Source: an uncultured delta proteobacterium (GTDB lineage Bacteria; Desulfobacterota; Syntrophia; Syntrophales; UBA5619). From it: DNA of 59,464 nucleotides. The notes below the pieces were generated by a model. The model was not told the origin of the DNA. It ran no database searches and worked only from the letters and a program-made list of their open reading frames with translations. Position numbers and translations under genes: made by a program. This document shows, piece by piece, positions 40,393 to 50,757 of this stretch; the stretch's first letter is position 1; every line of letters starts with the position of its first letter. The stretch is taken from NCBI GenBank assembly GCA_963817385.1, contig CAWFOM010000018.1, positions 1 through 59,464 on the forward strand, written 5' to 3'.

Positions 40393-40895
40393 GCGGTGCA
40401 TTTATTTGTATCATATCGTAATTAATTGATATTATGCGATGAGGTAATCATCGTTTCCCGTCCGGATGCCGGAAACGGGCGGCAAAAATTGTCGACCCTT
40501 CGGGCATGACGAGTGAAAATATTCCTGATATCAATGACTATCATGGAAAAATGGGTTGTGCTCGATGATCGACAGAAATGTCGAATTTATCGACGAGGTC
40601 TCCTCCCGGATCTCTCGCTTTTTGCCAATGAACGTGAAAATCCCGGCCCTGCCTGGTAAATTTCCGACTTTTCTGAACGATTCCTGCTCTTCCCCAGCGG
40701 TCATCGGGAAAGAAATCGTTGACTTTTCGAGGGAATGACCTATGATGACGCCTGAATATTGTTGCAGATTTCCGGTAGCGGCGGTTCGTTGCCTTTTCGC
40801 ACGGCTATCTATATCCCCCCGGTCAAGGGGCGGGGGAAGAGATCCGATGACCGCCCGTTGCGACATCGGCTTTTGCGATCACGGATACCCAAGGT

Positions 40896-42698
40896 ATGAG
40901 CTCTGAAAAAAAGATCATCTGGCAGAACCGTTCCCCCCGATACAACCGTTCCTTCATGCAGCCCCTTGCCGTTGCCCTCGTTTGCGCCATCTTCATCGGT
41001 CTCATCCTGATAATGGGTTTGATGGATCTCCGGCGAAGCGAACACACCCTTGAGGGTTTCATGGAGAATCAGGGGCTGCGGATCATCAGCGTGGTGGAGC
41101 GGCTCGCAATGGAAAACCTGAAAACGATGATCCAGGCATCCCAGAAGGTGAGCGGGAGCGCATTCCGTCCGCTTGCCGAACAGGACCTCTCCCCGCAGGT
41201 ATTCCTTACCGAGAAGGTTGTCGAGATGGCGCGTGAGATCGACGGCCACTGGAAGAAGGAGCATCTCAGCCTGAGCTATATCCAGAAATACGCACAGGAA
41301 AAGAATCTCTGGCTGGTAGCCGTCATCAATGCCTGGGGGGACGTCATCTTTCAGAGCCGGCCGCTTCCGGACGAGCCTGTCGGCGGCGGGCCTCCGGCGA
41401 TCAAACGGGGAAATCCGGACGGTCCCGGCGATCTGTTCGCCCGGCTCGGCCGCCTCAAAAAGGTAGGTTTTATTGCCCTGCGCCGGCCTGACGGCAGCGG
41501 GACCATCGTTATCGCCCTGGATCAGGATAGCACCCGTTATTGGGGGACCAGGGTGTCCGTGGAAAAAGCGATCGAGAAACTCGGGGAAGGTCAGGGACAG
41601 GGCCTTGTCTATCTCACCGTCCGGGATAAAAACAGATTGCCGCTGGGAAATACCGGGAAAATTCCGGAGGAGTCGGGCCGCGACAAGTTGCTCATGGCGA
41701 GCATCCTCAACGGGACACAGCGGATTGAAAGCCGGAAGGTCTTCCACGACGGGAAAAGCATCCTCGAGATCATCGCCCCCCTCCATCTGGATGATCAGAT
41801 CGCCGGAATCATTCGCCTCGGGCTGGAGCGGGGAAACACCGACCAGATCCTTGATGAGAACCAACGGAATATGTTTGTTTTTCTTGCCCTGATCGTCCTG
41901 ATTGCGCTTTTGTCGATGTGGCTGCTCTATCACAACCAGAACCGTCACCTTGCGGGGATCGTGGCGATCGAGCGGCAACTCGAGAAGGCGGAACGTCTTT
42001 CCTCCCTAGGGCAGCTTGCTGCCGGGGTAGCGCACGAGATTCGTAACCCGTTGAATGCGATCAGTATGGCAAGCCAGCGGCTAAAACGGGAATGCGCTCC
42101 GGCCGATGAGGAGAAGAGGAAGGAATTCGAGATCATGGCCGGGGTGATTCGTGATGAGATCCGGCGCCTCAACGGGATCATCGAGGAGTTTCTGACCTTC
42201 TCGAAGAGCCGGCGTCTGGAGCTCCGCGACTGCCCGGTCCAGGAGGTCCTCCAGAAGATCGTTCACCTGATCTCCGCGGAGGCCGCCGGCAGGGGGATCG
42301 TGATCCGGAACGATTGGGAAGAGAAGCCGGTCGTCATCCCGATGGATATGGACAAGCTGCAACAGGCCTTCCTCAATTTCATCAAGAACGCGATGGAATC
42401 GATCAGCGGGGAGGGAAGCGTCACGCTCTCCGTTCGGGAGCAGGAGGACGGGATGGTGAGCATCCGGATCACCGATACCGGGTGCGGTATGTCGACCGAA
42501 GAAGTGGAACGGATCTTTAATCCCGAGTATACGACGAAGGAGAAGGGGCTGGGGCTCGGACTGCCCCTGGCGCATGAGATCATCCGCGGGCATGGCGGGG
42601 AGATCCGCGTCCTGAGCCGGCAAGGGGCGGGGACGACCTTCGAGATCCTGCTTCCCGCGAAAAGGCACGGCAACGGCAAGGGGGCGAAGGCGGAATGA
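40896..42698 (+). CDS. Membrane sensor histidine kinase
   Basis: Two TM helices, large periplasmic domain, AHEIRNPLN, NAMES, DTGCGM, GLGLGL. Confidence 0.93.
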   Translation: MSSEKKIIWQNRSPRYNRSFMQPLAVALVCAIFIGLILIMGLMDLRRSEHTLEGFMENQGLRIISVVERLAMENLKTMIQASQKVSGSAFRPLAEQDLSPQVFLTEKVVEMAREIDGHWKKEHLSLSYIQKYAQEKNLWLVAVINAWGDVIFQSRPLPDEPVGGGPPAIKRGNPDGPGDLFARLGRLKKVGFIALRRPDGSGTIVIALDQDSTRYWGTRVSVEKAIEKLGEGQGQGLVYLTVRDKNRLPLGNTGKIPEESGRDKLLMASILNGTQRIESRKVFHDGKSILEIIAPLHLDDQIAGIIRLGLERGNTDQILDENQRNMFVFLALIVLIALLSMWLLYHNQNRHLAGIVAIERQLEKAERLSSLGQLAAGVAHEIRNPLNAISMASQRLKRECAPADEEKRKEFEIMAGVIRDEIRRLNGIIEEFLTFSKSRRLELRDCPVQEVLQKIVHLISAEAAGRGIVIRNDWEEKPVVIPMDMDKLQQAFLNFIKNAMESISGEGSVTLSVREQEDGMVSIRITDTGCGMSTEEVERIFNPEYTTKEKGLGLGLPLAHEIIRGHGGEIRVLSRQGAGTTFEILLPAKRHGNGKGAKAE

Positions 42699-44059
42699 AG
42701 AAGCTCAATATCCTGGTGGTGGAAGACGGCCAGTCGCAGCGGGAGATGCTCCGCGACTTCCTGCGGAACGAGGGGCACGCCGTCGGCGAGGCCGAAAGCG
42801 GCGATAAGGCGATCCAGCGGGTTAAAGAGGGCCACTATGACCTGATCCTCCTCGATTACAAGATGCCCGGGATGGACGGGATGCAGGTCCTTCAGGCCGT
42901 CAAGGGGATCAATCCAGAGATCGATGTCGTCATCATCACGGCCTATGGGACGATTGAGACGGCCGTGGATGCGATGAAGGCCGGAGCTCTGGACTACATC
43001 ACGAAACCCGTGGAGTTCGACGAACTTCTGATCCTTGTGGAGCGTGTCGCGGAGCGGCGGATCCTGCTGAAGGAAAATGAGATCCTTCGGGAGCAGCTCG
43101 GGGAAAAAGGGGTGACGACCGACCGGATCATCTACCGGAGCGAGAAAATGAGCATCCTGATCAACATGGCCGGGCGGGTGGCCGCGTCACGCGCGACGGT
43201 TCTGCTCCAGGGGGAGAGCGGGACGGGGAAGGAGCTCCTGGCGAGGCTGATCCACCACCTGAGCCCCCGGTCCGCACGGCGGATCATCGCGGTCAACTGC
43301 GGCGCCCTGCACGAGAATCTCCTGGAGAGTGAGCTGTTCGGCCACGAGAAGGGGGCCTTCACGGGGGCGACGGCCCGGCGGATCGGCCGTTTCGAGGAGG
43401 CGGACGGAGGGACCCTCTTTCTCGACGAGATCGGCGAACTCACGCCGGCGGTCCAGGTGAAGCTTCTGCGCTTCCTCCAGGAGCACGAGTTCCAGCGCCT
43501 CGGCGGGAACCAGACGATCCGCACCGACGTCCGGGTGATCAGCGCGACCAACCGGGACCTGGAGCAGCGGGTGAAAGAAGGGGCCTTCCGGGAGGACCTC
43601 TTCTACCGGTTGAATGTCGTCACGATGTCCATCCCGCCGCTCAGGGAACGCAGGGAGGATATCCTGCCCCTTATCGACCATTTTCTGAAGCAGTATGCCG
43701 AGGAGAACGACAAGGAAATAGCGGGACTCAGCAGCGAGGCGCAGGATGTCCTTCTCAAGTACGACTATCCCGGGAACGTCCGGGAACTGGAGAACATTAT
43801 CGAGCGGGCCGTCGTCATCGCCCGGGATGCCGTGATTTCCGTCGAGGATCTTCCCTTTCGCGAGGTGATGGAAGAGTCGCCGGAGGGCCAGAAGGCGGAC
43901 GAAGGACTGTTGCGCGGCTCGATCGAGGAGTTGGAGAAAAAACTGATCGTCGAAGCGATGGAGAAGGCAGGAGATCACCAGACCCGGGCCGCCGAACTTC
44001 TCGGGATCAGCGAGCGGATGCTCCGCTACAAGCTCAAGAAGTACGGATTGAAGTCGTAA
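42695..44059 (+). CDS. Sigma54-dependent response regulator (NtrC/ZraR/AtoC type)
   Basis: Receiver (ED, DYKMP, KP), GESGTGKE, GAFTGA, Fis-type HTH. Confidence 0.95.
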   Translation: MKKLNILVVEDGQSQREMLRDFLRNEGHAVGEAESGDKAIQRVKEGHYDLILLDYKMPGMDGMQVLQAVKGINPEIDVVIITAYGTIETAVDAMKAGALDYITKPVEFDELLILVERVAERRILLKENEILREQLGEKGVTTDRIIYRSEKMSILINMAGRVAASRATVLLQGESGTGKELLARLIHHLSPRSARRIIAVNCGALHENLLESELFGHEKGAFTGATARRIGRFEEADGGTLFLDEIGELTPAVQVKLLRFLQEHEFQRLGGNQTIRTDVRVISATNRDLEQRVKEGAFREDLFYRLNVVTMSIPPLRERREDILPLIDHFLKQYAEENDKEIAGLSSEAQDVLLKYDYPGNVRELENIIERAVVIARDAVISVEDLPFREVMEESPEGQKADEGLLRGSIEELEKKLIVEAMEKAGDHQTRAAELLGISERMLRYKLKKYGLKS

Positions 44060-44158
44060 CGACCGCGAGCGCGGCTCTGAGCCGATGGCCGTTGTGCCCC
44101 GTGCGCTTTTCCCGATGCGGTCAATCTGGAGATCTCAATCACCGACCGGGTGGATCGT

Positions 44159-45721
44159 CTATACCCTTCCGCCCGGCAAAAGTCCCTTTACCAGAAGGCT
44201 CAGGATGCCCTGGCCTTTTTGGTACTCTCGGCCGTTCAGAAGAATCTTTTCCACCTTCAGGTCCAGAAGTTCACTCGGTTGCATCGTCAGCGGATTCCGG
44301 TTCAGGATAACCATATCGGCAATCTTACCCGTCTCGAGGCTGCCGCGTTCCTTTTCATCGAAGGTGGTCCAGGCCGCGTTGTAGGTGAACATTTTCAGGG
44401 CCTCCGGGATGGTGAGGGACTGCCCGGGGACATAATGGTTGCAGGCAGCATGGATGCCGAAGATCGGATCCGGCAGGGTGCAGGGGGCGTCGGAGCCCCC
44501 GCTCAGGACGATCCCCAGGTCGGCCATCTTCCTTAACGGGGAGATCTCTTCCGTACGATCCCCCAGGATATTTTCCAGAAACTCAAGGGGCTCCAGGTCC
44601 CACTTCAGAAAGGCGGGTTGAAGGGGGATCTGGATGCCGAGCCCGGCGCACTTCCGCAGCCCTTCGTCGGATGGGAGGCACGCATGGATGATCCCGTGGC
44701 GGTGATCCTCCCGCGGGTAGTCCTTCAGGGCCGCCTCGATGGCCCTGAGCGCCTGGTCAAAGGCCCCGTCGCCAATCGCATGCATCTCGATCTGCAACCC
44801 TTCGCGGTTGGCCTGTTTTGCAAAGCGGATGACCTCTTCGTCCCGATGGTAGAGGACGCCCCGATTCCGGGGATTATTGGCATATGGCTTATTCAGCGCC
44901 GCATCCTCGCTGCCGAAGCAGCCGTCCAGGGCCGTAGCGAAGCATCCTCCCACGCGGGGAAGTTTTCTCTTTTTGACCTTGCCGACGTCCATGGTCTGGA
45001 AGAAGACCCGGGTTTGAAAGCCGGTATCAAATCCCTTTCCCAGGATCGTCTCCATGGTCACATCCAGATCCAGAGGGAACCCGACGCCGGATGCGGTATG
45101 CATCATGCCGATCCCCTGTTCCGCCAGGGTGTCGACTGCCCGGAGCATATTCCGGATGACCCGGGGGAGAGAAACCTTTTTCGTGATAAAATCGGTGACG
45201 GCGAAGAAGGCCTCCTGGTTCATCTCCCCCGAATCTTCATGGTAGCCTCTGAAGCTCTTCATCTTCTTCGGCAGCAGGGAGATCATTCTGCTGCTGAGAA
45301 TGCAGGCGTGGCCGTCATATTTAACGATGTACACGGCCCGATCCGGGCAGACCCGGTCAATCTCATCCCGGGAGATCAGCCGCTTTTCCTCAATTGAATT
45401 GGCCGACGCCCCGAAGCCCATGACGATTGGGTCGCCGTTTTCCCGGGTGAATTTTCGGATCTGCTCACCCATCTCCGGCAAGCTCCGCGCAGAGCGCACA
45501 TCGAGGCCGGCATTGAAGAGGGCATAAGATGCAAAGTGGAGGTGAGTATCCCCGAAGCAGGGGAGCAGAGATCGTTCGCCCAGGATCTCGCGGGGCGCTC
45601 CTTGATATGCCGGGGGCAGATCATCTCCCACCGAGAGAATGCGACCCTCATCTTCCACGAGGTATTTATAGACGTGATCTTTCCGATCACAGGAGATGAT
45701 TGCGCCTTCGTATGTTTTCAT
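44159..45721 (-). CDS. Metal-dependent amidohydrolase (YtcJ/amidohydrolase_3-like)
   Basis: DTHLH, DGH, HAIGD, IIHA, GGSDAP, GSLETGKIAD. Confidence 0.9.
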   Translation of the reverse strand: MKTYEGAIISCDRKDHVYKYLVEDEGRILSVGDDLPPAYQGAPREILGERSLLPCFGDTHLHFASYALFNAGLDVRSARSLPEMGEQIRKFTRENGDPIVMGFGASANSIEEKRLISRDEIDRVCPDRAVYIVKYDGHACILSSRMISLLPKKMKSFRGYHEDSGEMNQEAFFAVTDFITKKVSLPRVIRNMLRAVDTLAEQGIGMMHTASGVGFPLDLDVTMETILGKGFDTGFQTRVFFQTMDVGKVKKRKLPRVGGCFATALDGCFGSEDAALNKPYANNPRNRGVLYHRDEEVIRFAKQANREGLQIEMHAIGDGAFDQALRAIEAALKDYPREDHRHGIIHACLPSDEGLRKCAGLGIQIPLQPAFLKWDLEPLEFLENILGDRTEEISPLRKMADLGIVLSGGSDAPCTLPDPIFGIHAACNHYVPGQSLTIPEALKMFTYNAAWTTFDEKERGSLETGKIADMVILNRNPLTMQPSELLDLKVEKILLNGREYQKGQGILSLLVKGLLPGGRV

Positions 45722-45768
45722 GGTGCGTCGTTTCCCCGGGTCTGTTTCATCCTATTCGGACAGTCCCT

Positions 45769-46251
45769 TCAGCATCCAAGGAGTTTCTTCTTTATCGCCG
45801 ACAGCCGGGTAAAATGTCCCTTCTCCTCGTCGATGATCCGTTCGATCGCCTGCCGCTGGTCAGCCGGCAGCAGTTCCCTGATCTCCCGGTAATAGTGGAT
45901 CGCATCGAGCTCCCGCTGAATGGCGAAATCGAGGGCGGAGACCTCGTCCCTGAGTTTCGCCAGTTCGACGGCAAATGCCTCCGTCGTGAAAACCAGACGG
46001 TTATCCACATAATTGTGGAGATAGGCGGCATACTCCCCGTCGTATCCCTCCGGGGGAGGATTCCGGTCCATCCCGGCCAGGATCTCCGTAAAGGTCCGCT
46101 GATGTCCCACCTCTTCGTCGGCCAGCCGCTGGAAGAGGGCTTTCAGCTCCTCCTTCCCCGCCAGTTGTACCGCGTAGCGATAGAAGTTCACACCGTTCTC
46201 CTCGATACGGACCGCCACCTCGACAATGTCGCTCGCTTCAAAGACAGCCAT
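45769..46251 (-). CDS. Rubrerythrin/ferritin-like di-iron protein
   Basis: IEENG..FY, DEEVGH, RELDAIHYY, EEKGH. Confidence 0.88.
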   Translation of the reverse strand: MAVFEASDIVEVAVRIEENGVNFYRYAVQLAGKEELKALFQRLADEEVGHQRTFTEILAGMDRNPPPEGYDGEYAAYLHNYVDNRLVFTTEAFAVELAKLRDEVSALDFAIQRELDAIHYYREIRELLPADQRQAIERIIDEEKGHFTRLSAIKKKLLGC

Positions 46252-46319
46252 TTCCACCTCCCGGCGTTATGAAAATCCTGCCGCAGAACGCCCCTCACGG
46301 GGAGGGGCCGCGGTTTCTG

Positions 46320-47381
46320 CTATAGCCATTTTTTTCGTCTGAAGTAAAGAAGCATGAAAATGGCGATGATAATCATCACGCCCCAGAGGGTTATGTATCC
46401 CCAACGCCATTCCAGCCCCGGCATGTATTTGAAGTTCATCCCGTAGACGCCGGCAAGGAAGGTCAGCGGCATGAAGACTGTCGCGATAATGGTGAGGACC
46501 TTCATGATCTCGTTCATCCGGTTACTGATGGAGGAAAGGTAGATGTCGAGCATCCCGGAGAGCATGTCCCGATAGGTCTCTATCGTGTCGATCACCTGGA
46601 CGGCGTGGTCGTAGACGTCGCGGAAGTAGATGACCGACGGCTCGCGGATGAGCGGCGAGTCGGAGCGGGCGAGGCCGCCGACCATCTCCCGGAGGGGCCA
46701 GACCGCTTTCCGCAGGAGGATGATCTCCCGCTTCAGGGCCTGGATGGCCCGGAGGGTCACGGGCGAGGGGCGGCCGACCAGGGCATCTTCCAGGTTTTCG
46801 ATCTTCTCTCCGAATTTATCCAGGATGACAAAATAGCTGTCCACGATCGCGTCGAGGAGGGCATGGGCAAGGTAGTCGGCCCCGGCCTTCCGCAGGCGCC
46901 CCTTTTCGTTGCGGAGCCTCTCCCGGACGGGAGCAATAAGTCCCCCCTCCTTCTCCTGGAGGGAGATCAGCCAGTTGGGGCCCAGGACGATGCTGACCTG
47001 TTCGGGAATAAGGGCGCCGTCGGCGCCTTCATGGAAGAGCCTCAGAACGATGTAAAGATAATCGCCGTGGTCCTCGCTCTTGGGGCGCTGTTCCGTATTC
47101 AGGATGTCTTCGAGAATTAACGGGTGCAGGCAGAAGATGCTTCCCATCTGTTCGAGGAGGCGGGTTTCCTGGAGACCATCGATATGGATCCAGGTGACAG
47201 CCGATCCGGTCGGGGGGGAGATGACCCCTTCCAAGGTGGAGATTTCCCTCTCCTGGAAATGGGATTCGTCATACTCACAAAGGGTGATTTTCGCTTTCTC
47301 CGTATGCCTCTGGCCGATATGAATCAGGGAACCGGGCGGAAGGCCGGTTTTTGCGGATCTTCTCTTGGTGACTCCGGGCAT
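46320..47381 (-). CDS. corA: Mg/Co transporter CorA
   Basis: GLPPGSL, LHPLILEDI, QRPK, YGMNF. Confidence 0.96.
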   Translation of the reverse strand: MPGVTKRRSAKTGLPPGSLIHIGQRHTEKAKITLCEYDESHFQEREISTLEGVISPPTGSAVTWIHIDGLQETRLLEQMGSIFCLHPLILEDILNTEQRPKSEDHGDYLYIVLRLFHEGADGALIPEQVSIVLGPNWLISLQEKEGGLIAPVRERLRNEKGRLRKAGADYLAHALLDAIVDSYFVILDKFGEKIENLEDALVGRPSPVTLRAIQALKREIILLRKAVWPLREMVGGLARSDSPLIREPSVIYFRDVYDHAVQVIDTIETYRDMLSGMLDIYLSSISNRMNEIMKVLTIIATVFMPLTFLAGVYGMNFKYMPGLEWRWGYITLWGVMIIIAIFMLLYFRRKKWL

Positions 47382-47592
47382 GCTGCATGCCTCCGAAATG
47401 CGGTTGTTGTGTCGGGATTGCCCTTGATTAGGTACTTGAACAGCGTTACTTTAGCCCATGGACCCCGGAAATACAATGAAAAAGTCGGCAGCGGCTCCCC
47501 CCGCATCCGCTTTTCCCCTTGACAAGCGGGCCGGAATCGCGGAGAAAAATCGATCAGTGTGAAATAAGGATTTTCGTTTTACCGGAGGTCCC

Positions 47593-48984
47593 ATGCGATA
47601 CATCCTTGCGGCAACCGAAGACCGGGCGGCGGCTGAAATCATCCGCACCGCCTTCCGCCGGTCATTCCACGTGGACGCGGCAACCACGGTTCGGGGCTGC
47701 CTCGACCTCTTCCGGAAACGGCGGTATGAATTCATTTTCATCGATCTCGCCCTGATCGGCGAGAGGGTGATCGGTGACGACGATTCGCTCCGGGGGCTCA
47801 AGCAGGCGTTCCCCTCCGCGGAGATTATCGTCATGACTCCGCCGGAGGAGATCCGGGAAGCAGTCGAGGCGGTGAAGGCGGGCGCGGCCAATTACGTCAC
47901 CCATCCCCTGAATGCCGACGAAGTGCGGTATGTAGTCGAGAGCATCCATGAGAGCATCCGGGCGCAGTCGGAACTCGACTACCTCAGGGACCGCTTCTGG
48001 CAATCGGATTCGCTCGAGGTTCTGCAGACCCGGAATCCCGCCATGCGGGAGGTTTTCGAACAGGTCCGCCTCGTCGCGCCGACGAAGAGCACCGTCCTTC
48101 TGTCCGGGGAGACGGGGACCGGGAAAGGAGTCCTCGCGAAGCTCATCCACCGCCACAGCAACCGGCGGGAGGTGCAGTTCATCGGCGTCCACTGCGGCGC
48201 TATCCCCGACACCCTCCTCGAAAGCGAACTCTTCGGGCACGAGAAGGGGGCCTTTACCGGCGCCGTCCGGCGGAAACTGGGCAAATTCGAGCTGGCCCAC
48301 GGGGGGACCATCTTCCTTGACGAGATCGGCACGATCACCCCCGCCGCCCAGATAAAACTCTTGCAGGTCCTTCAGGACCGGACCTTTCAGCGTGTCGGTG
48401 GGGAGGCTCTCATTGAGACCGACGCGCGGATCATCGCCGCCTCCAACGCGGATCTCGGTGAGATGGTGGAAAAGGGCCTCTTCCGGAACGACCTCTACTA
48501 TCGTCTGAATGTTTTTCCCATCGCGATCCCGCCGCTTCGGGAACGCCGCGAAGACATCCCCCAGCTTACGGAAATCTTCCTGAAACAGATGAACCGCTTC
48601 AATCATCGGGGCATCCATTATGTCCACCCCCGGGTGATGGAGGCCTTTGGGCGCTATCCCTGGCCCGGGAACATCCGCGAACTGCAGAACCTTGTCGAGA
48701 GGGCATGCATCCTGGAGACCTCCTCTATCCTGACGCCGGAGTGCTTTCCCGTGGAACTCTTTGCCAACGGGCAGACGGCAGCGCCGATTGCCGCGGAGAC
48801 CAGGCTCACGCTGGCCGATGTCCGCAGCAGGGCTGTCGAGGATGCACAGAGGCGCTACCTCCGGGAGGTTCTCGCCCGCAACGGCGGAAGGATCAACCGG
48901 ACGGCGGAGGCCGCCGGCATCACGGTCCGCCAGCTCAACAAGTTAATGCATAAATACGGGATGAGGAAGGAAGAGTTCCGTTGA
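47593..48984 (+). CDS. Sigma54 activator with atypical receiver domain
   Basis: GETGTGK, GAFTGA, WPGNIREL, HTH; receiver has HP in place of KP. Confidence 0.9.
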   Translation: MRYILAATEDRAAAEIIRTAFRRSFHVDAATTVRGCLDLFRKRRYEFIFIDLALIGERVIGDDDSLRGLKQAFPSAEIIVMTPPEEIREAVEAVKAGAANYVTHPLNADEVRYVVESIHESIRAQSELDYLRDRFWQSDSLEVLQTRNPAMREVFEQVRLVAPTKSTVLLSGETGTGKGVLAKLIHRHSNRREVQFIGVHCGAIPDTLLESELFGHEKGAFTGAVRRKLGKFELAHGGTIFLDEIGTITPAAQIKLLQVLQDRTFQRVGGEALIETDARIIAASNADLGEMVEKGLFRNDLYYRLNVFPIAIPPLRERREDIPQLTEIFLKQMNRFNHRGIHYVHPRVMEAFGRYPWPGNIRELQNLVERACILETSSILTPECFPVELFANGQTAAPIAAETRLTLADVRSRAVEDAQRRYLREVLARNGGRINRTAEAAGITVRQLNKLMHKYGMRKEEFR

Positions 48985-49016
48985 ATCCGCACTGCTTTTC
49001 CCCGGTACGGCAACCT

Positions 49017-50480
49017 TCAGCGTCGCGCAGGGACGTCATCCGGCCGCGTCTTGACGACGACCCGGATCACCGGCGTTTTTCCGCCCGAGAACTGGATATC
49101 CGGCGGATACCGAAGCGAGGGGGTAAAGATCTTCTGGACGTCGAGGAGCGACAGGTCGACCGGCTCGGTCAGGATGCGGATCCGTTTGCCGCGGAGCCGG
49201 CCGGGGATGAGGACCTTGACCTCGGGGGGGGTGACCGTGATCCTCTGGACGGCCATTCCCTGCGGCGGGGCGTTTTCCGTCAGGACCTCGATGGGGACGA
49301 CCAGCGGCAGCAGGCGGGACGTGACGACCTTGATCCGTTCCGGAGTGATGCCCGAAACCAGGAGGTTGGAGGGGGTCTTCACCATCTCGCGGGTCAGGGT
49401 GATCTCCTGGGTGCCGGGTCGGAGCTGCTTGAGATCGAGAGAAATCTTGAGGGTGTCCGGGTGCAGGAGCTGAAAGGCCTGCGCGGGGCCCATCAGCATG
49501 ACCTTTGCCTCCATGACCTTGGGATCTTCCAGGACCCATTCCACCGGGGCGTTCAGGTATTCGATGGGGACGACGAAATCCCGGCGGATCGTCTCCCGCT
49601 GGTAGCCGAAAGCAACCCAGAGCATACACGCCAGGACAACGGCGAGCACCTTTTCCCGCGGGTTTTCCTTCAGCCAGCGGATGATCGGCCGCGATTTGGC
49701 GAGGGGCGCCCGCTTCGCGAAGAAGGACTCCAGTTCGATGCGGAGCGCCGAGGCGTTGGCCATCTCCGCGATCCGTTCCCCCTTCGCGAGAGAGATGCTG
49801 CCCCGCTCTTCCGAGACGACGACGCAGAGGGCGTCCGACCTCTCCGAGAGGCCGAGGGCCGCCGTGTGGCGGAGCCCCAGGTTGCCGTACTGAGCGGCGT
49901 TTGCCGACAGAGGCAGGTGGCAGCCGAACCGTATCAACCGGTTTCCGTCGATAAGGATGGCGCCGTCGTGACCGATCGAATGGGGATCGAAAATGCTCTC
50001 CAAAAGGGGCCGACTGAGAAGGCCGTCCAGATTGTTTCCCCCGGTGAGGTGGCGGTCGAGGGGGTCGTCACCCTGGATGACGATCAGGGCGCCGATCTTC
50101 TTGTGTGCGAGGTCGGCTGCAGTCTCGGCGATGATCTCCGCGCTTTCGTTGAAGGCGGTCACCGCGAAAGGTTTCTTCCGGAACCGCCCCAGCAGGGCCA
50201 GGCGTTCGAAGAAGCGGCGGAGGTCCTCCTGAAAGATGACGACCAGGACGAACAGCAGTATCGCGAAGAAGGACTGCAGGACGACCGTCGTCAGGTAGAG
50301 CTGGAAAAAGCGGGCGAGGATATAGACGACCCCAAGCAGTGTGATGCCGAAGAAGACGAACCGGGACGCCCGATCCTTGAACCAGATCAGAAGGGCAGAG
50401 ATCATGATCGAGATGATGGCGATGTCGAGGATGTCCTGAATTCGGAAGCTCCGGAGCATCGTCAGGGCGTTATCGATCAT
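49017..50480 (-). CDS. Diadenylate cyclase (CdaA-type) fused to YbbR/CdaR-like domains
   Basis: Three N-terminal TM, IFQEDLRR, HDGA, GLRHTAALGLSE, VVSEERG, further TM and YbbR-like repeats. Confidence 0.88.
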   Translation of the reverse strand: MIDNALTMLRSFRIQDILDIAIISIMISALLIWFKDRASRFVFFGITLLGVVYILARFFQLYLTTVVLQSFFAILLFVLVVIFQEDLRRFFERLALLGRFRKKPFAVTAFNESAEIIAETAADLAHKKIGALIVIQGDDPLDRHLTGGNNLDGLLSRPLLESIFDPHSIGHDGAILIDGNRLIRFGCHLPLSANAAQYGNLGLRHTAALGLSERSDALCVVVSEERGSISLAKGERIAEMANASALRIELESFFAKRAPLAKSRPIIRWLKENPREKVLAVVLACMLWVAFGYQRETIRRDFVVPIEYLNAPVEWVLEDPKVMEAKVMLMGPAQAFQLLHPDTLKISLDLKQLRPGTQEITLTREMVKTPSNLLVSGITPERIKVVTSRLLPLVVPIEVLTENAPPQGMAVQRITVTPPEVKVLIPGRLRGKRIRILTEPVDLSLLDVQKIFTPSLRYPPDIQFSGGKTPVIRVVVKTRPDDVPARR

Positions 50481-50757
50481 GTCAACTTCTCATCTTTCCG
50501 CCCGTTGAACGAGGGCCGGCCGGTCGTCGGGGGTTCGAAAAAAACTTAAAATATGAACGCTTTTCATCAATATACGCAAAAGGTCCGTGGTGTGTCAAGA
50601 AGATATCAAATTTCATGAGGCAAAAAACCATTCCGCATGAACCGTTCATGCCTTGGTGATGCGGAAGCGGTTTTTCGTTTTGTTTTTTCGGCTTAGTTCG
50701 ACTATAGTGCTGCCTTCCCCGCCCAAGACCGGCGGGCTGATGCAGCAAGGAGGCAGG

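Noticed and set aside
15877..50549. Long antisense or overlapping ORFs such as 15877-16890, 24191-25651, 33729-34898, 40809-41978 and 48981-50549
   Set aside because: Shadow frames of well-supported genes in GC-rich DNA with no motifs of their own.
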